From: Syntrophales bacterium
Lineage (GTDB): Bacteria; Desulfobacterota; Syntrophia; Syntrophales; PHBD01
Reading direction: 5' to 3'
NCBI GenBank assembly: GCA_963668175.1
Contig: OY764159.1
Location: 1,952,001-2,016,000, forward strand
DNA: 64,000 nucleotides
Shown: positions 1-9,105 of the stretch, one piece after another
How positions within the stretch are numbered: position 1 is the stretch's first letter
Layout: each line of letters opens with the position of its first letter
Notes under the pieces: generated by a model
What the model was told of the DNA's origin: nothing
What the model saw: only the letters and a program-made list of their open reading frames with translations
Databases searched by the model: none
Translations under genes and position numbers: made by a program

Positions 1-2
1 GC

Positions 3-776
3 GCCGCCGAATGCCCCGTGGGCCTGATCGAAAGGCCGGACAAGACGACGTTCCCGAAAGCTGCGGAAGATGCCGAGTCGCTGTGCGTCCGGTGCGGCCA
101 TTGTGTGGCCGTCTGCCCGCACGGAGCCCTAGCGCTCCGCGGCATGCGCCCGGAGGACTGCGACCCCGTCGACGATCGCCTCCGCCCGAGCGCCGCGCAG
201 GCCGAATATTTTCTCCGGAGCCGGCGTTCCATCCGCTCATACAAGGACAAACCGGTCGGCCGGGAGACCGTCGCGAAGCTCATCGACATCGCCCGTTATG
301 CCCCTTCGGGCCATAACAACCAGCTGACGGAGTGGCTCGTCATCTACGACAGGAAAGACGTTCAGAGGTACGCCGCCCTGGTGGTCGACTGGATGAGGCA
401 CATCGTCGGGAACGACCCGGAGATGGCCGACCGGCTTCACGCGGACCTGATCGTCAAAATATGGGAGAACGGCTACGACCGGATCTGTCGGAACGCCCCC
501 CACGTTGTCGTCGCCCACGGGCCGGAAGACAACCCGATGCTCCAGTCCACCTGTACCATCGCCCTGACCTACCTGGAACTGGCGGCGGCGTCCATGAACG
601 TCGGGGCCTGCTGGGCGGGATACTTCCACCGGGCCGCCGTGGACTGGGCGCCCATGAAAGAGGCCCTGGGGCTGCCTGCGGGCAACGCCGTCTTCGGCGC
701 CATGATGGTCGGCTACCCGAAATATGCCTACCGCCGCATCCCTCTCCGCAAAGAGGCAAAGATCATCTGGAAGTGA
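3..776 (+). CDS. 4Fe-4S dicluster + nitroreductase family protein (5' end outside window)
   Basis: Frame is open from base 3 (AAECPVG..., the tail of a first Fe-S motif); second motif CVRCGHCVAVCP; nitroreductase motifs RRSIRSY, APSGHN and GACWAG. Confidence 0.9.
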   Translation, partial: AAECPVGLIERPDKTTFPKAAEDAESLCVRCGHCVAVCPHGALALRGMRPEDCDPVDDRLRPSAAQAEYFLRSRRSIRSYKDKPVGRETVAKLIDIARYAPSGHNNQLTEWLVIYDRKDVQRYAALVVDWMRHIVGNDPEMADRLHADLIVKIWENGYDRICRNAPHVVVAHGPEDNPMLQSTCTIALTYLELAAASMNVGACWAGYFHRAAVDWAPMKEALGLPAGNAVFGAMMVGYPKYAYRRIPLRKEAKIIWK

Positions 777-846
777 GAGGGAACGGAGGTGACGATGACG
801 GCCGTCCGGCGGGGAAGCGGAACGGGAGGGACGGCAGGATTTGTTG

Positions 847-1815
847 TTACCATTTACGCCAGCGGTGCCAGCGGCCGGCCAGGGGAATGTCCCCCGGGCC
901 CCCGTAGGTGAAAACGATGTCCGCCTCGCCCGTGCCGTGGGAGTTCTTCAGATAGAAACGCGACTCGCCCGGCCGGTAAACGCCGACGGTGTCGTAGCCT
1001 TTCCCCGTCCAGTCGCCGACGATCGGGATGTCTCCGGGGACGCCGTAGGAAAAAACGATGTCGGGCCGGCCGGGACCGTTCCTGTTTTTCAGGTAGAAGC
1101 GCGACTCGCTCGGCCGGTAGACGCCGATGCTGTCGTAGCCTTTTCCCGTCCAGTCCCCGGCCAGGGGTATGTCCCCCGGTTTGCCGAACTCGAAGCTGAT
1201 ATCCGCGTTCCCTTCGGAATTGTCGTATCGCAGGAAGAATTTGGCCTTTTGAGGCCGGTAGACGCCGGCGCTGACGGCGCCCTTGGGCCGCCATTTGCCG
1301 ACAATCGGGATGTCACCCGGTTTGCCGAACTGGAAACGGATATCGGCGGTGCCCCCGGTGTTGCTGTTTTTCAGGTAAAACATCGACTCGTCGGGTTGAT
1401 AGACCCCGACGGAATCGTACCCCTTGCCGGTCCAATCCCCCACGAGGGGGATATCCCCCCGCATGCCGTAATCGAAATCGGTGTCCGCGATGCCCGTCGC
1501 ATTGTTGTACTTTAAGTAAAATCTCGTCTCGCTGGGGCGGTAGACGCCGACGGTGTCCATGTTCTGCGATGCGGCCAGGACCGGCTGGCACATGGCTGAA
1601 AGCAGCAGGCTTGCGGCGGCAGCCGCAACGAAGCGCCGTCCCGGCCCGAGAAGAGTGCGAAGGCGGCCGTCCCGTTTTCCATGTGCATCGGGGCGCTCCG
1701 GGAATATACCTTCCCGGTCATTACTTATCTTGTCTCCGCCGGCAAAGGCGTAAGCGGCGGGATGATCGTTCCTCCGGGGGAGGGTCGCGTCGGTCTTTGA
1801 CATGATCTTCATCAT
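847..1815 (-). CDS. Secreted beta-propeller repeat protein (five 47-aa FG-GAP/VCBS-like repeats)
   Basis: Five repeats DxVGVYRPxExRFYLK...GDIPxxGDWTGKGY follow a signal-peptide-like stretch (RRFVAAAAASLLLSAMCQPVLA). Start codon uncertain. Confidence 0.75.
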   Translation of the reverse strand: MMKIMSKTDATLPRRNDHPAAYAFAGGDKISNDREGIFPERPDAHGKRDGRLRTLLGPGRRFVAAAAASLLLSAMCQPVLAASQNMDTVGVYRPSETRFYLKYNNATGIADTDFDYGMRGDIPLVGDWTGKGYDSVGVYQPDESMFYLKNSNTGGTADIRFQFGKPGDIPIVGKWRPKGAVSAGVYRPQKAKFFLRYDNSEGNADISFEFGKPGDIPLAGDWTGKGYDSIGVYRPSESRFYLKNRNGPGRPDIVFSYGVPGDIPIVGDWTGKGYDTVGVYRPGESRFYLKNSHGTGEADIVFTYGGPGDIPLAGRWHRWRKW

Positions 1816-2033
1816 ACCAAGAATGACATGACGGTCAAGGCCTTATTTTGCGACGGCTGGCGGCAGCTGATGCAGAGGCGAACTATGCGGAAACAGGACA
1901 TCTCCGACGGAACCTACGCCTGACGCCGGTCCCGGATGTATGCTGTAATGCCTGTGACGCCGTAGAAAGGGCCCGTCATCCGGCCGGGCCGCGGCTTCCG
2001 GGTACGGGCCTCTTCTTCCTGCGACGGCAGTTG

Positions 2034-3857
2034 CTAAAAATCGTCGTCCAGCGGCAATTCGGGTTGGCGTGGCCGGACGGATTTTTCTTTTCCCCGCGCC
2101 GGCGGCGCTGCATCGAGGACCGCATCCCGGGTGACGACCGCACCGGTATTGCCGCCCAGGACCAGGGACGACATATCCAGCACCATACCCTTCATCGTCG
2201 CGGCCTGGGAGGACAGCTCCTCGGCCGCCGCCGCCGATTCCTCGGCGCTGGCCGCCGTGTCCTGGACGACCTTGTCCATGGCGGATACGGCCTTGTTGAT
2301 CTGGTCGATCCCCTGGGATTGTTCCTGGGAAGCCGTCGCGATCTCGTCGACGAGGCTGCCGACCTTGCCGGCGATCTCCACGTTCTCCTTGAATATCTCC
2401 TGCGTCTGCGTGGTCAGCTCGTTGCTCTTGCGCACAACCTTGATCGTGTTCTCGATCAGCACGGTCGTGTTCTTGGCGGCATCCGCCGCGCGCATGGCGA
2501 GGTTCCTCACTTCCTCGGCGACCACGGCGAAACCCGCCCCGGCTTCCCCCGCCCGGGCCGCTTCCACGGCGGCGTTCAGGGCGAGGAGATTCGTCTGGAA
2601 GGCGATCTCGTCGATCGTCCTGACGATCTTCGACGTCTCTTCGCTGGTCTTGGTCACTTCCTGGATGGCCGATGCCATATCGGTCATACGGTCGTTGACT
2701 TTGGAGACGATGGCCCTTGTTTCCGCCATCAGCGATTTGGCGGCTACGGCGTTCTCGGCGTTGCGCTTCGTCATGGAGGACATCTCTTCCAGCGACGACG
2801 AGGTCTCCTCGATGGCGGAGGCCTGCTGCGCGGCGCCGTCGGCCAGGGACTGGCTCGTCATGGCGACCTCGGAAGAAGCGGAGGCCACCTGATCGGCGCC
2901 CGCGTCGAGACCGCCGGATATCCTTGTGATCGGCCCGACGACGGATCGGACGATGAGAATGAGCAGGGCCATCAGAACGGCCACGCCGCCGACCAGGAGG
3001 ACCAGATTAACGACGGTCATCCGGTTCGCCGCGGCGAGCACTTCACTCGTGGGCGCCACCACCAGCACGGTCCATCCTACGTTCCGGCAGGGGTATAAAT
3101 AGGCCGTCCTCTTCGTATTCTGAAAGGTGTAGCTGATTTGTCCCTGCTTCTGCTTCATCATCTCCCGGCCGAACTCCTGATCCTTCAGGTTCAGTTTCAT
3201 GATCAGGCTCTTGTCCTTGTGGGCGAAGACAAGCCCGGTCTCTTCGTACAGGGCGACGTAGCCGGTGGTGAATACCTTCGCCCCCTCCACGAGACTCTCG
3301 CTGAACTTCACCAGATCCGGCACGCCGACCAGGACGCCGATCACCCGGTCGCCGTCCGTGATGGGCGAGGCGATGGCCAGGGACGCTTGACCGGTGGTGC
3401 GGGAGAGATAGACCTCGGAGACGTTGGTCTCGCCCTTCATGGCCTTCTGGAAGTAGGCCCGGTCCGGGACCTTGACCTTGCCGATGGCATCCGGCATCGA
3501 CGATGCGACGACATTGCCTTGCTGGTCGGCGATATTGAAGTAGGCGAACCCCGAGGTGGCCTTGACGATTTCAGCCATGGCGGCGTTCGCGATGCCCACC
3601 GACTTTTCGTCCCCCGATTTCAGGACGTTCCTGAAGACGTCCCGCGGGGCCTGCGTACGCACCGTGGACATGGCATTGGCCACCCACAGGTCGACCAGGT
3701 TGGCCCTCGCTTCGCCGATCGTCCGGAACATCTCGGTCGCATTGTCGCTGAGCGTCCGGGACGAGATCCAGTAAGTGACGCCCGTGGATACGCCCATGGC
3801 GAGAACGACCAGTAAAAACGTCGGTATCAAAACCCTCTTCTGCAGACTCCAGCGCAT
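2034..3857 (-). CDS. Methyl-accepting chemotaxis protein with dCache sensor (tandem copy 1)
   Basis: Two TM helices, Cache-like periplasmic region ([11 protein letters not shown]), signalling tip [33 protein letters not shown]. Confidence 0.95.
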   Translation of the reverse strand: MRWSLQKRVLIPTFLLVVLAMGVSTGVTYWISSRTLSDNATEMFRTIGEARANLVDLWVANAMSTVRTQAPRDVFRNVLKSGDEKSVGIANAAMAEIVKATSGFAYFNIADQQGNVVASSMPDAIGKVKVPDRAYFQKAMKGETNVSEVYLSRTTGQASLAIASPITDGDRVIGVLVGVPDLVKFSESLVEGAKVFTTGYVALYEETGLVFAHKDKSLIMKLNLKDQEFGREMMKQKQGQISYTFQNTKRTAYLYPCRNVGWTVLVVAPTSEVLAAANRMTVVNLVLLVGGVAVLMALLILIVRSVVGPITRISGGLDAGADQVASASSEVAMTSQSLADGAAQQASAIEETSSSLEEMSSMTKRNAENAVAAKSLMAETRAIVSKVNDRMTDMASAIQEVTKTSEETSKIVRTIDEIAFQTNLLALNAAVEAARAGEAGAGFAVVAEEVRNLAMRAADAAKNTTVLIENTIKVVRKSNELTTQTQEIFKENVEIAGKVGSLVDEIATASQEQSQGIDQINKAVSAMDKVVQDTAASAEESAAAAEELSSQAATMKGMVLDMSSLVLGGNTGAVVTRDAVLDAAPPARGKEKSVRPRQPELPLDDDF

Positions 3858-4297
3858 AGAACCTCCTTATTTTCCTGCGGCCGACACATGTGGCTTCCGC
3901 CGGTCGCCGGGGCTCGGCGAAACGGCCCTCCATCTTTTCCACCGCTTCGTGTGTTTCAAATGCGGAATGACGGAAACGCAGGTCAACCGCAAGTTGGCCG
4001 GCGGCATGGGGCCGCCGGGACCTGCTGAATATGATGATGGATAAACGGTTGGTTGATGAACGACGTTCGCTTGTCTACGGCCTTAAGAGAGATTCGGAAA
4101 CAACCGGGGAAAAGTGCGGGGAAAAGCAGGCTTTATATCGCTTCTGGTTGCGCGCGCAAGGGGAACGGGACCGATGCCCTCCTGTTTGTAAAATGGGGTC
4201 CGGCAAGTGCCTCCCCGGTATCGTGACCGACACCGGAAAATGCCGGCAACCGGCTGTCGAGGCGTCCCCCTCCGTGAATCGCCGCTACGTATTTTAA

Positions 4298-4326
4298 TTA
4301 ATAGGGAAAGTGCCCGCGCCTGTCAA
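4298..4326 (-). promoter_or_regulatory. Putative sigma70 promoter of MCP copy 1
   Basis: TTGACA-N17-TATTAA on the minus strand; an equivalent element lies at the same relative position upstream of copy 2. Confidence 0.45.
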
Positions 4327-4425
4327 GCGGAATATCGTTCTTTGCCTATCCGCCGCCGGGCGGAAGCGTCCTGGGTCGCTCCCGGTCCGTTTTCGCAAGT
4401 GAGCGGACCGGGACGGAGCATGATG

Positions 4426-4458
4426 AAGGGCGCCGGCCTGTCGGAGGCCGGCGCCCTT
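4426..4458 (-). terminator. GC hairpin downstream of MCP copy 2
   Basis: AAGGGCGCCGGCCT-N5-AGGCCGGCGCCCTT inverted repeat; weak U tail. Confidence 0.5.
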
Positions 4459-4596
4459 GGCGGATTAATAGGTTTATCAGGGAAAATTTAAGGGATCCTC
4501 AACGCTGTTGCAGCTGTCGTTGGGACTCCCGCCTCTTTCATGGCAGCCGAGAAACGGTTCGGGTATTCGTTTCCCGAAGGAGGCCGTCCGCTTTTT

Positions 4597-6420
4597 CTAA
4601 AATTCGTCCCCCCCCGGCAGTGCCTTTTGAGGCGACCGGACGGGTTTTTTCTTGTCCATCTTGGACGGGGCGGCGGGAACGGTCGCATCCCGTGTGACGA
4701 CCGCACCGGTATTGCCGCCCAGGACCAGGGACGACATATCCACCACCATGCCCTTCATCGTCGCGGCCTGGGAGGACAGCTCCTCGGCCGCCGCCGCCGA
4801 TTCCTCGGCGCTGGCCGCCGTGTCCTGGACGACCTTGTCCATGGCGGATACGGCCTTGTTGATCTGGTCGATCCCCTGGGACTGTTCCTGGGAGGCCGAC
4901 GCGATCTCGTCGACGAGGCCGCCGACCTTGCCCGCGATCTCCACGTTCTCCTTGAATATCTCCTGCGTCTGCGTGGTCAGCTCGTTGCTCTTCCGCACGA
5001 CCTTGATCGTGTTCTCGATCAGCACGGTCGTATTCCTGGCAGCGTCGGCCGCCCGCATGGCGAGGTTCCTCACTTCCTCGGCGACGACGGCGAAGCCCGC
5101 CCCGGCCTCCCCCGCCCGGGCCGCTTCCACGGCGGCGTTCAGGGCGAGGAGGTTTGTCTGGAAGGCGATCTCGTCGATCGTCTTGACGATCTTCGACGTC
5201 TCTTCGCTGGTCTTGGTCACCTCCTGGATAGCGGCGGCCATACCGGTCATATGGTCGTTGACTTTGGACACAATGGCCCTCGTCTCCGCCATCAGTTCCT
5301 TGGCGGCGCTGGCGTTCTCGGCGTTGCGCTTCGTCATGGAGGACATCTCCTCCAGCGACGACGAGGTCTCCTCGATGGCGGAGGCCTGCTGTGCGGCGCC
5401 GTCGGCCAGGGACTGGCTCGTCGTGGCGACCTCGGATGAGGCCGACGCCACCTGATCGGCGCCCGCGTCGAGACCGCCGGATATCCTCGTGATCGGACCG
5501 ACGACGGATCGGACGATGATAATGAGCAGGGCCATCAGGACGGCCACGCCGCCGACCAGGAGAACCAGGTTGACGACGGTCATCCGGTTCGCCGCGGCGA
5601 GCACTTCACTCGTGGGCGCCGCTGCCAGCACGGTCCATCCCACAATCCGGCAGGGGTATATATAGGCCGTCTGCTTCGCGCCCTGAAAGGTGTAGCTGAT
5701 CTGGCCCTGCTTCAGCTTCATCATCTCGCGGCCGAACTCCTGATCCTTCAGGTTCAGCTTCATGATCTGACTCTTGTCCTTGTGGGCGAAGACGAGGCCG
5801 GTCTCTTCGTACAGGGCGACGTAGCCCGTCGTGAAGACCTTGGCCTTGTCTACGAGACTCTCGCCGAATTTCGTCAGGTCCGGCACGCCGATCAGTACGC
5901 CGATCACCCTGTCGCCGTCCTTGATGGGAGAGGCGAGGGCCAGGGACGCCTGCCCGGTGGTGCGGGAAAGAAATACGCTGGAGACGTTGGTCTGCCCCTT
6001 CAAGGCCTTCTGGAAATACTCCCGGTCGGGAACCTTGATCTTGCCGACGGCATCCTTCACGCCCGAAGCGATGATGTCCCCCTTCGGATCGGCAACATGG
6101 AAATAGGCGAAGGCCGAGGATATCTTGGCAAGTTCGACCATGGCGGCATTCGCGGCGGCGACGTTGTGTTCGTCCCCGGATTTCAGGACGGTTTTAAAGA
6201 TATCCCGCGTCGATGCCGCAATCATCGTTTCCGTGGCATCGTTCACCCACAGGTCGACGAGATTGGCCCTGGCCTCGCCGATGGTCCTCAGTATCTCTGA
6301 CGCATTGTCGTTGAGCGCCCGGGACGACATCCAGTAAGTGACTCCCGTGGAAATGCCCATGGCGAGAACGACGAGTAAGAATGTTGGTATTAAAACCCTT
6401 TTTTGCAGACTCCAGCGCAT
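4597..6420 (-). CDS. Methyl-accepting chemotaxis protein with dCache sensor (tandem copy 2)
   Basis: Same length (607 aa) and architecture as 2034-3857, with a near-identical signalling domain. Confidence 0.95.
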   Translation of the reverse strand: MRWSLQKRVLIPTFLLVVLAMGISTGVTYWMSSRALNDNASEILRTIGEARANLVDLWVNDATETMIAASTRDIFKTVLKSGDEHNVAAANAAMVELAKISSAFAYFHVADPKGDIIASGVKDAVGKIKVPDREYFQKALKGQTNVSSVFLSRTTGQASLALASPIKDGDRVIGVLIGVPDLTKFGESLVDKAKVFTTGYVALYEETGLVFAHKDKSQIMKLNLKDQEFGREMMKLKQGQISYTFQGAKQTAYIYPCRIVGWTVLAAAPTSEVLAAANRMTVVNLVLLVGGVAVLMALLIIIVRSVVGPITRISGGLDAGADQVASASSEVATTSQSLADGAAQQASAIEETSSSLEEMSSMTKRNAENASAAKELMAETRAIVSKVNDHMTGMAAAIQEVTKTSEETSKIVKTIDEIAFQTNLLALNAAVEAARAGEAGAGFAVVAEEVRNLAMRAADAARNTTVLIENTIKVVRKSNELTTQTQEIFKENVEIAGKVGGLVDEIASASQEQSQGIDQINKAVSAMDKVVQDTAASAEESAAAAEELSSQAATMKGMVVDMSSLVLGGNTGAVVTRDATVPAAPSKMDKKKPVRSPQKALPGGDEF

Positions 6421-6868
6421 AGAACCTCCTTCTATTCTTACGGCCGGTACAGCCTGTTCCGTCGATCGTCAGGTCTCGACGAAAGAATGCCCCCCCTCTT
6501 CTCCACCGCTTTGACGCGCCTTTGGCAGGCACGCCCCTGATACGGAATGTCAGAGATGCATCATAGCCGTATATCGGCCGGCGGCGGAAAGCCGCCGGGA
6601 CCGGCTTACGTTATGTTTGATTAACGGTTGATTGATTCATGGCGATCGCTTGCTTGCCGCCCGAAGAGAGATTCGGGAAAACCGGGGTAAGTTGCGGGGA
6701 TAAACGGCCCTTGTCTCGCTACCGGCTGAGCGTTTGCAGGATCTATACTCTCCTTTCGCTGTTTGTATCCGACAGGGCCTCTCCGGTGCTGAAACGAACG
6801 CCGGAAGATGCGCAATGCCGGATGTTGGCGCGTCCCGCCCCTCAATCGGGAACGCAGCTACTGTGCCT

Positions 6869-6898
6869 ATTTTATAGGGAAAATGACGGTGCTGTCAA
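6869..6898 (-). promoter_or_regulatory. Putative sigma70 promoter of MCP copy 2
   Basis: TTGACA followed by TATAAA at 16 nt or TAAAAT at 18 nt on the minus strand; homologous to 4298-4326. Confidence 0.45.
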
Positions 6899-7001
6899 GA
6901 AGAATAAAAGTGTAGGGTTTTTCAGACGCTTTATGGGCGGGCCTTTCCGGCTTTTCGCAGCGCTATTACCGCGTGGATACAGGGCTGCGACGGGCGAGAG
7001 G

Positions 7002-7042
7002 AAAGGAAAAGGGCGCCATCCCGTCCGGCAACCGGCGCCCTT
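7002..7042 (-). terminator. Intrinsic terminator of the alaC-like gene
   Basis: Minus strand AAGGGCGCC...GGCGCCCTTTTCCTTT, just after the stop codon. Confidence 0.55.
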
Positions 7043-7076
7043 CAAGGGGTTAAAAAAGTATGCTCCGGGAAACGCT

Positions 7077-8387
7077 TTAGGAGGCCCGCGTCGCCGTCCC
7101 GGCATTCGTCACATTCTCTGAGGGGTTCATGGCGGCGGCTGGCAGGTCCGGATGTTTGGCTTCCGGCGGCAGGCGGAGGCCGCGCGAGGGGATGACGCCG
7201 CCCTGCATCCGCCTTATCTGGCGGACGGCCTGGCGGATGCGTTCTTCGTTTTCCACCAGGGCGATGCGGAGCCAACCCTCGCCCTCCGGCCCGAAGCCGA
7301 TGCCCGGCGCGACGACGACGTTGGCCTCCTCGATGAGCCTGATGGAGTAATCCATGGAGCCCATGGCCCGGTAAGGCTCCGGGATCTCGGCCCAGACGAA
7401 CATGGAGGCCTTTGGCTTCTCCACGGTCCAGCCGATGGCGGCGAGTCCGTCGCAGAGGCAGTCGCGGCGGCTCTCGTAAATGGCCGCCTGCCCGCCGATG
7501 AAGTCGTCGCAGTCCCGGACGGCGATGATCGCCGCGATCTGGACGGCCTGGAAGAGGCCGTAGTCGTAATAGCCCTTGATCTTCCCCAGGGCCTCGACGA
7601 TCCGCGGGTGCCCGGCGCAGTAGCCTACGCGCCATCCCGCCATGTTGTAGCTCTTGGAGAGGGTGCCGAACTCGACGCCGACGTCCTTCGCGCCTTTCGC
7701 CTGGAGGAAGCTCGGGGCCTCGTAGCCGTCGAAGGTCACGCGGCCGTAGGCATGGTCGTGGACGACGATGAGCTTGCGGCGCTTCGCGATCCTCACCATC
7801 TCCTCGAAGAAGGCGAGATCGACGGTCTTCGTCGTCGGGTTGTGGGGATAGTTCAGCATGATCGCCTTCGGCGCCGGCGTGAGCGTGCGGCAGAGGTCGT
7901 CCACGCTCTGCAGGAAGGCTTCGTCTTCGACGATGGGGACGCGGACGATGGAGGCCCCGGCGATCGTGCACGAATAGATATGGATGGGGAAGGCGGGCAC
8001 GGGGACGAGGGCGGTGTCGCCCGGCCCGAGCAGGACGAGCGACAAATGGGAGACGCCCTCTTTGGAGCCGATGGTGCAGAGGATTTCGCCCGCGGGGTCC
8101 AGGGAGACGCCGTAATGCCTCTCGTAGTAGCGGCCGATCTCGCGCCTCAGGTTGTAGATCCCCGAGGCCACGGAGTACCGGTGGTTCCGCGGGTCGTTCA
8201 CGACCTCGCAGAGCTTGTCCACGACGGGCTGCGGCGTCGGGTCGCTGGGGTTGCCCATGGCGAAATCGATCATGTCGATCCCCGCCTTCCTCTTCTCCAG
8301 TTTGATCTTATTGAGCCGCCCGAAGAGATAGGGCGGCAGCATGTCCATGCGGTCTGAAAATGTTACGAAGTCTTCTGTATCGTTCAT
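7077..8387 (-). CDS. alaC: Class I/II PLP aminotransferase, AlaC-like glutamate-pyruvate (alanine) aminotransferase
   Basis: Motifs as I recall them from E. coli AlaC: LPPY, DFxMGNP, TIGSKEG, PIHIY, TLSKSYNMAGWR, IKxYxDYG, PKASMxVWAxIPEPY, PGIGFG, ALxENxxRIRQA. Start moved to ATG 8387 (RBS AGGAG). DapL-like specificity is not formally excluded. Confidence 0.8.
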   Translation of the reverse strand: MNDTEDFVTFSDRMDMLPPYLFGRLNKIKLEKRKAGIDMIDFAMGNPSDPTPQPVVDKLCEVVNDPRNHRYSVASGIYNLRREIGRYYERHYGVSLDPAGEILCTIGSKEGVSHLSLVLLGPGDTALVPVPAFPIHIYSCTIAGASIVRVPIVEDEAFLQSVDDLCRTLTPAPKAIMLNYPHNPTTKTVDLAFFEEMVRIAKRRKLIVVHDHAYGRVTFDGYEAPSFLQAKGAKDVGVEFGTLSKSYNMAGWRVGYCAGHPRIVEALGKIKGYYDYGLFQAVQIAAIIAVRDCDDFIGGQAAIYESRRDCLCDGLAAIGWTVEKPKASMFVWAEIPEPYRAMGSMDYSIRLIEEANVVVAPGIGFGPEGEGWLRIALVENEERIRQAVRQIRRMQGGVIPSRGLRLPPEAKHPDLPAAAMNPSENVTNAGTATRAS

Positions 8388-8464
8388 GGCCGTTGTTCTC
8401 CTGAAAAATCGTCCCTCCGTTCGCCTGCCCTTTCGCCGCCGGAGGGGGGCGGGGAGAGGAAATG

Positions 8465-8495
8465 AAAAAAGCCCCGGACATATGCCGCCCGGGGC
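8465..8495 (-). terminator. Attenuator terminator in the alaC leader
   Basis: Minus strand GCCCCGGGC-GGCATAT-GTCCGGGGC-TTTTTT: 9-bp stem plus U6, 78 nt upstream of the alaC start. Confidence 0.85.
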
Positions 8496-8566
8496 CCTGA
8501 AAGCAGGAAGGCCATGGACGGCACGAATGCGACCGCCCATGGCCTTTGATGTCTTATGTGAAAAAG

Positions 8567-8653
8567 TTACAGGAAGGCATCACCAGCCATGGGCGGAAGA
8601 GCCCTGGCGGCCGCTGCTGCCGCTGCGAAATGGATCGTTCCCGTAACGTTCAT
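8567..8653 (-). CDS. Alanine-rich leader peptide MNVTGTIHFAAAAAAARALPPMAGDAFL (28 aa)
   Basis: SD AAGAAAGG 6 nt before ATG; GCA GCG GCA GCA GCG GCC GCC at 8606-8626; lies between the promoter and the terminator of alaC. Below the ORF-track size cutoff. Confidence 0.8.
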   Translation of the reverse strand: MNVTGTIHFAAAAAAARALPPMAGDAFL

Positions 8654-8666
8654 CTCATGCCTTTCT

Positions 8667-8844
8667 TAGCAGGCTGTTGAAAAACGCCCATCTGTCGCGT
8701 TGCGCTGCAAGCCGCGTCAATCGACATACTTCTATGTATGCCTCATTCCTTGGCTTTTGCGCGCCTTACATCTGGACATTTTTGAACAGCCTGCGTGCCC
8801 CCTGCATAGGGGGTTCAAAAGCGAGTTTTTCCACAAGCTGTTAG
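8667..8844 (+). mobile_element. MITE/REP-like non-coding repeat, copy A
   Basis: IR GCAGGCTGTTGAAAAA...TTTTTGAACAGCCTG plus outer end TTTTTCCACAAGCTGTTAG; a homologous inverted copy lies at 35137-35333. Confidence 0.8.
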
Positions 8845-8857
8845 AGTAACTTACAAT

Positions 8858-8886
8858 ATTAAATATCAGAAACCGCCGGTTGTCAA
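8858..8886 (-). promoter_or_regulatory. Sigma70 promoter for the leader-alaC transcript
   Basis: TTGACA-N17-TTTAAT on the minus strand. Confidence 0.65.
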
Positions 8887-9105
8887 TTTTTTTGTGACGG
8901 CGACAAGACGCGGCGGAATGGCACGTGCTGATGACCCGTGCCCAAGTCTTGCTTGCGTTGCCGTGTACACCTACAAGTCGATGACTTTGTAAATCTTTGA
9001 GAATAATGAACATCAGTAGAAATGTTAATCTAACGTCATCGATATTCTATTTTTGCAACGCATTCTTTTTTATATATATCTTCAGATCATGTTATTGGAT
9101 AGCTT

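Noticed and set aside
6571..6600. Sigma28 promoter (GCCGATAT) for MCP copy 2
   Set aside because: There is no TAAA -35 at the right spacing, and the motif is not kept in copy 1.
8388..8540. 51-aa N-terminal extension of the aminotransferase
   Set aside because: It spans the attenuator hairpins; homology and the RBS begin at 8387.
8591..8605. RALPP in the leader as a RAPP/RAGP arrest motif
   Set aside because: It is not an exact match and the codons double as pairing segment 1. A Pro-Pro pause may still contribute.
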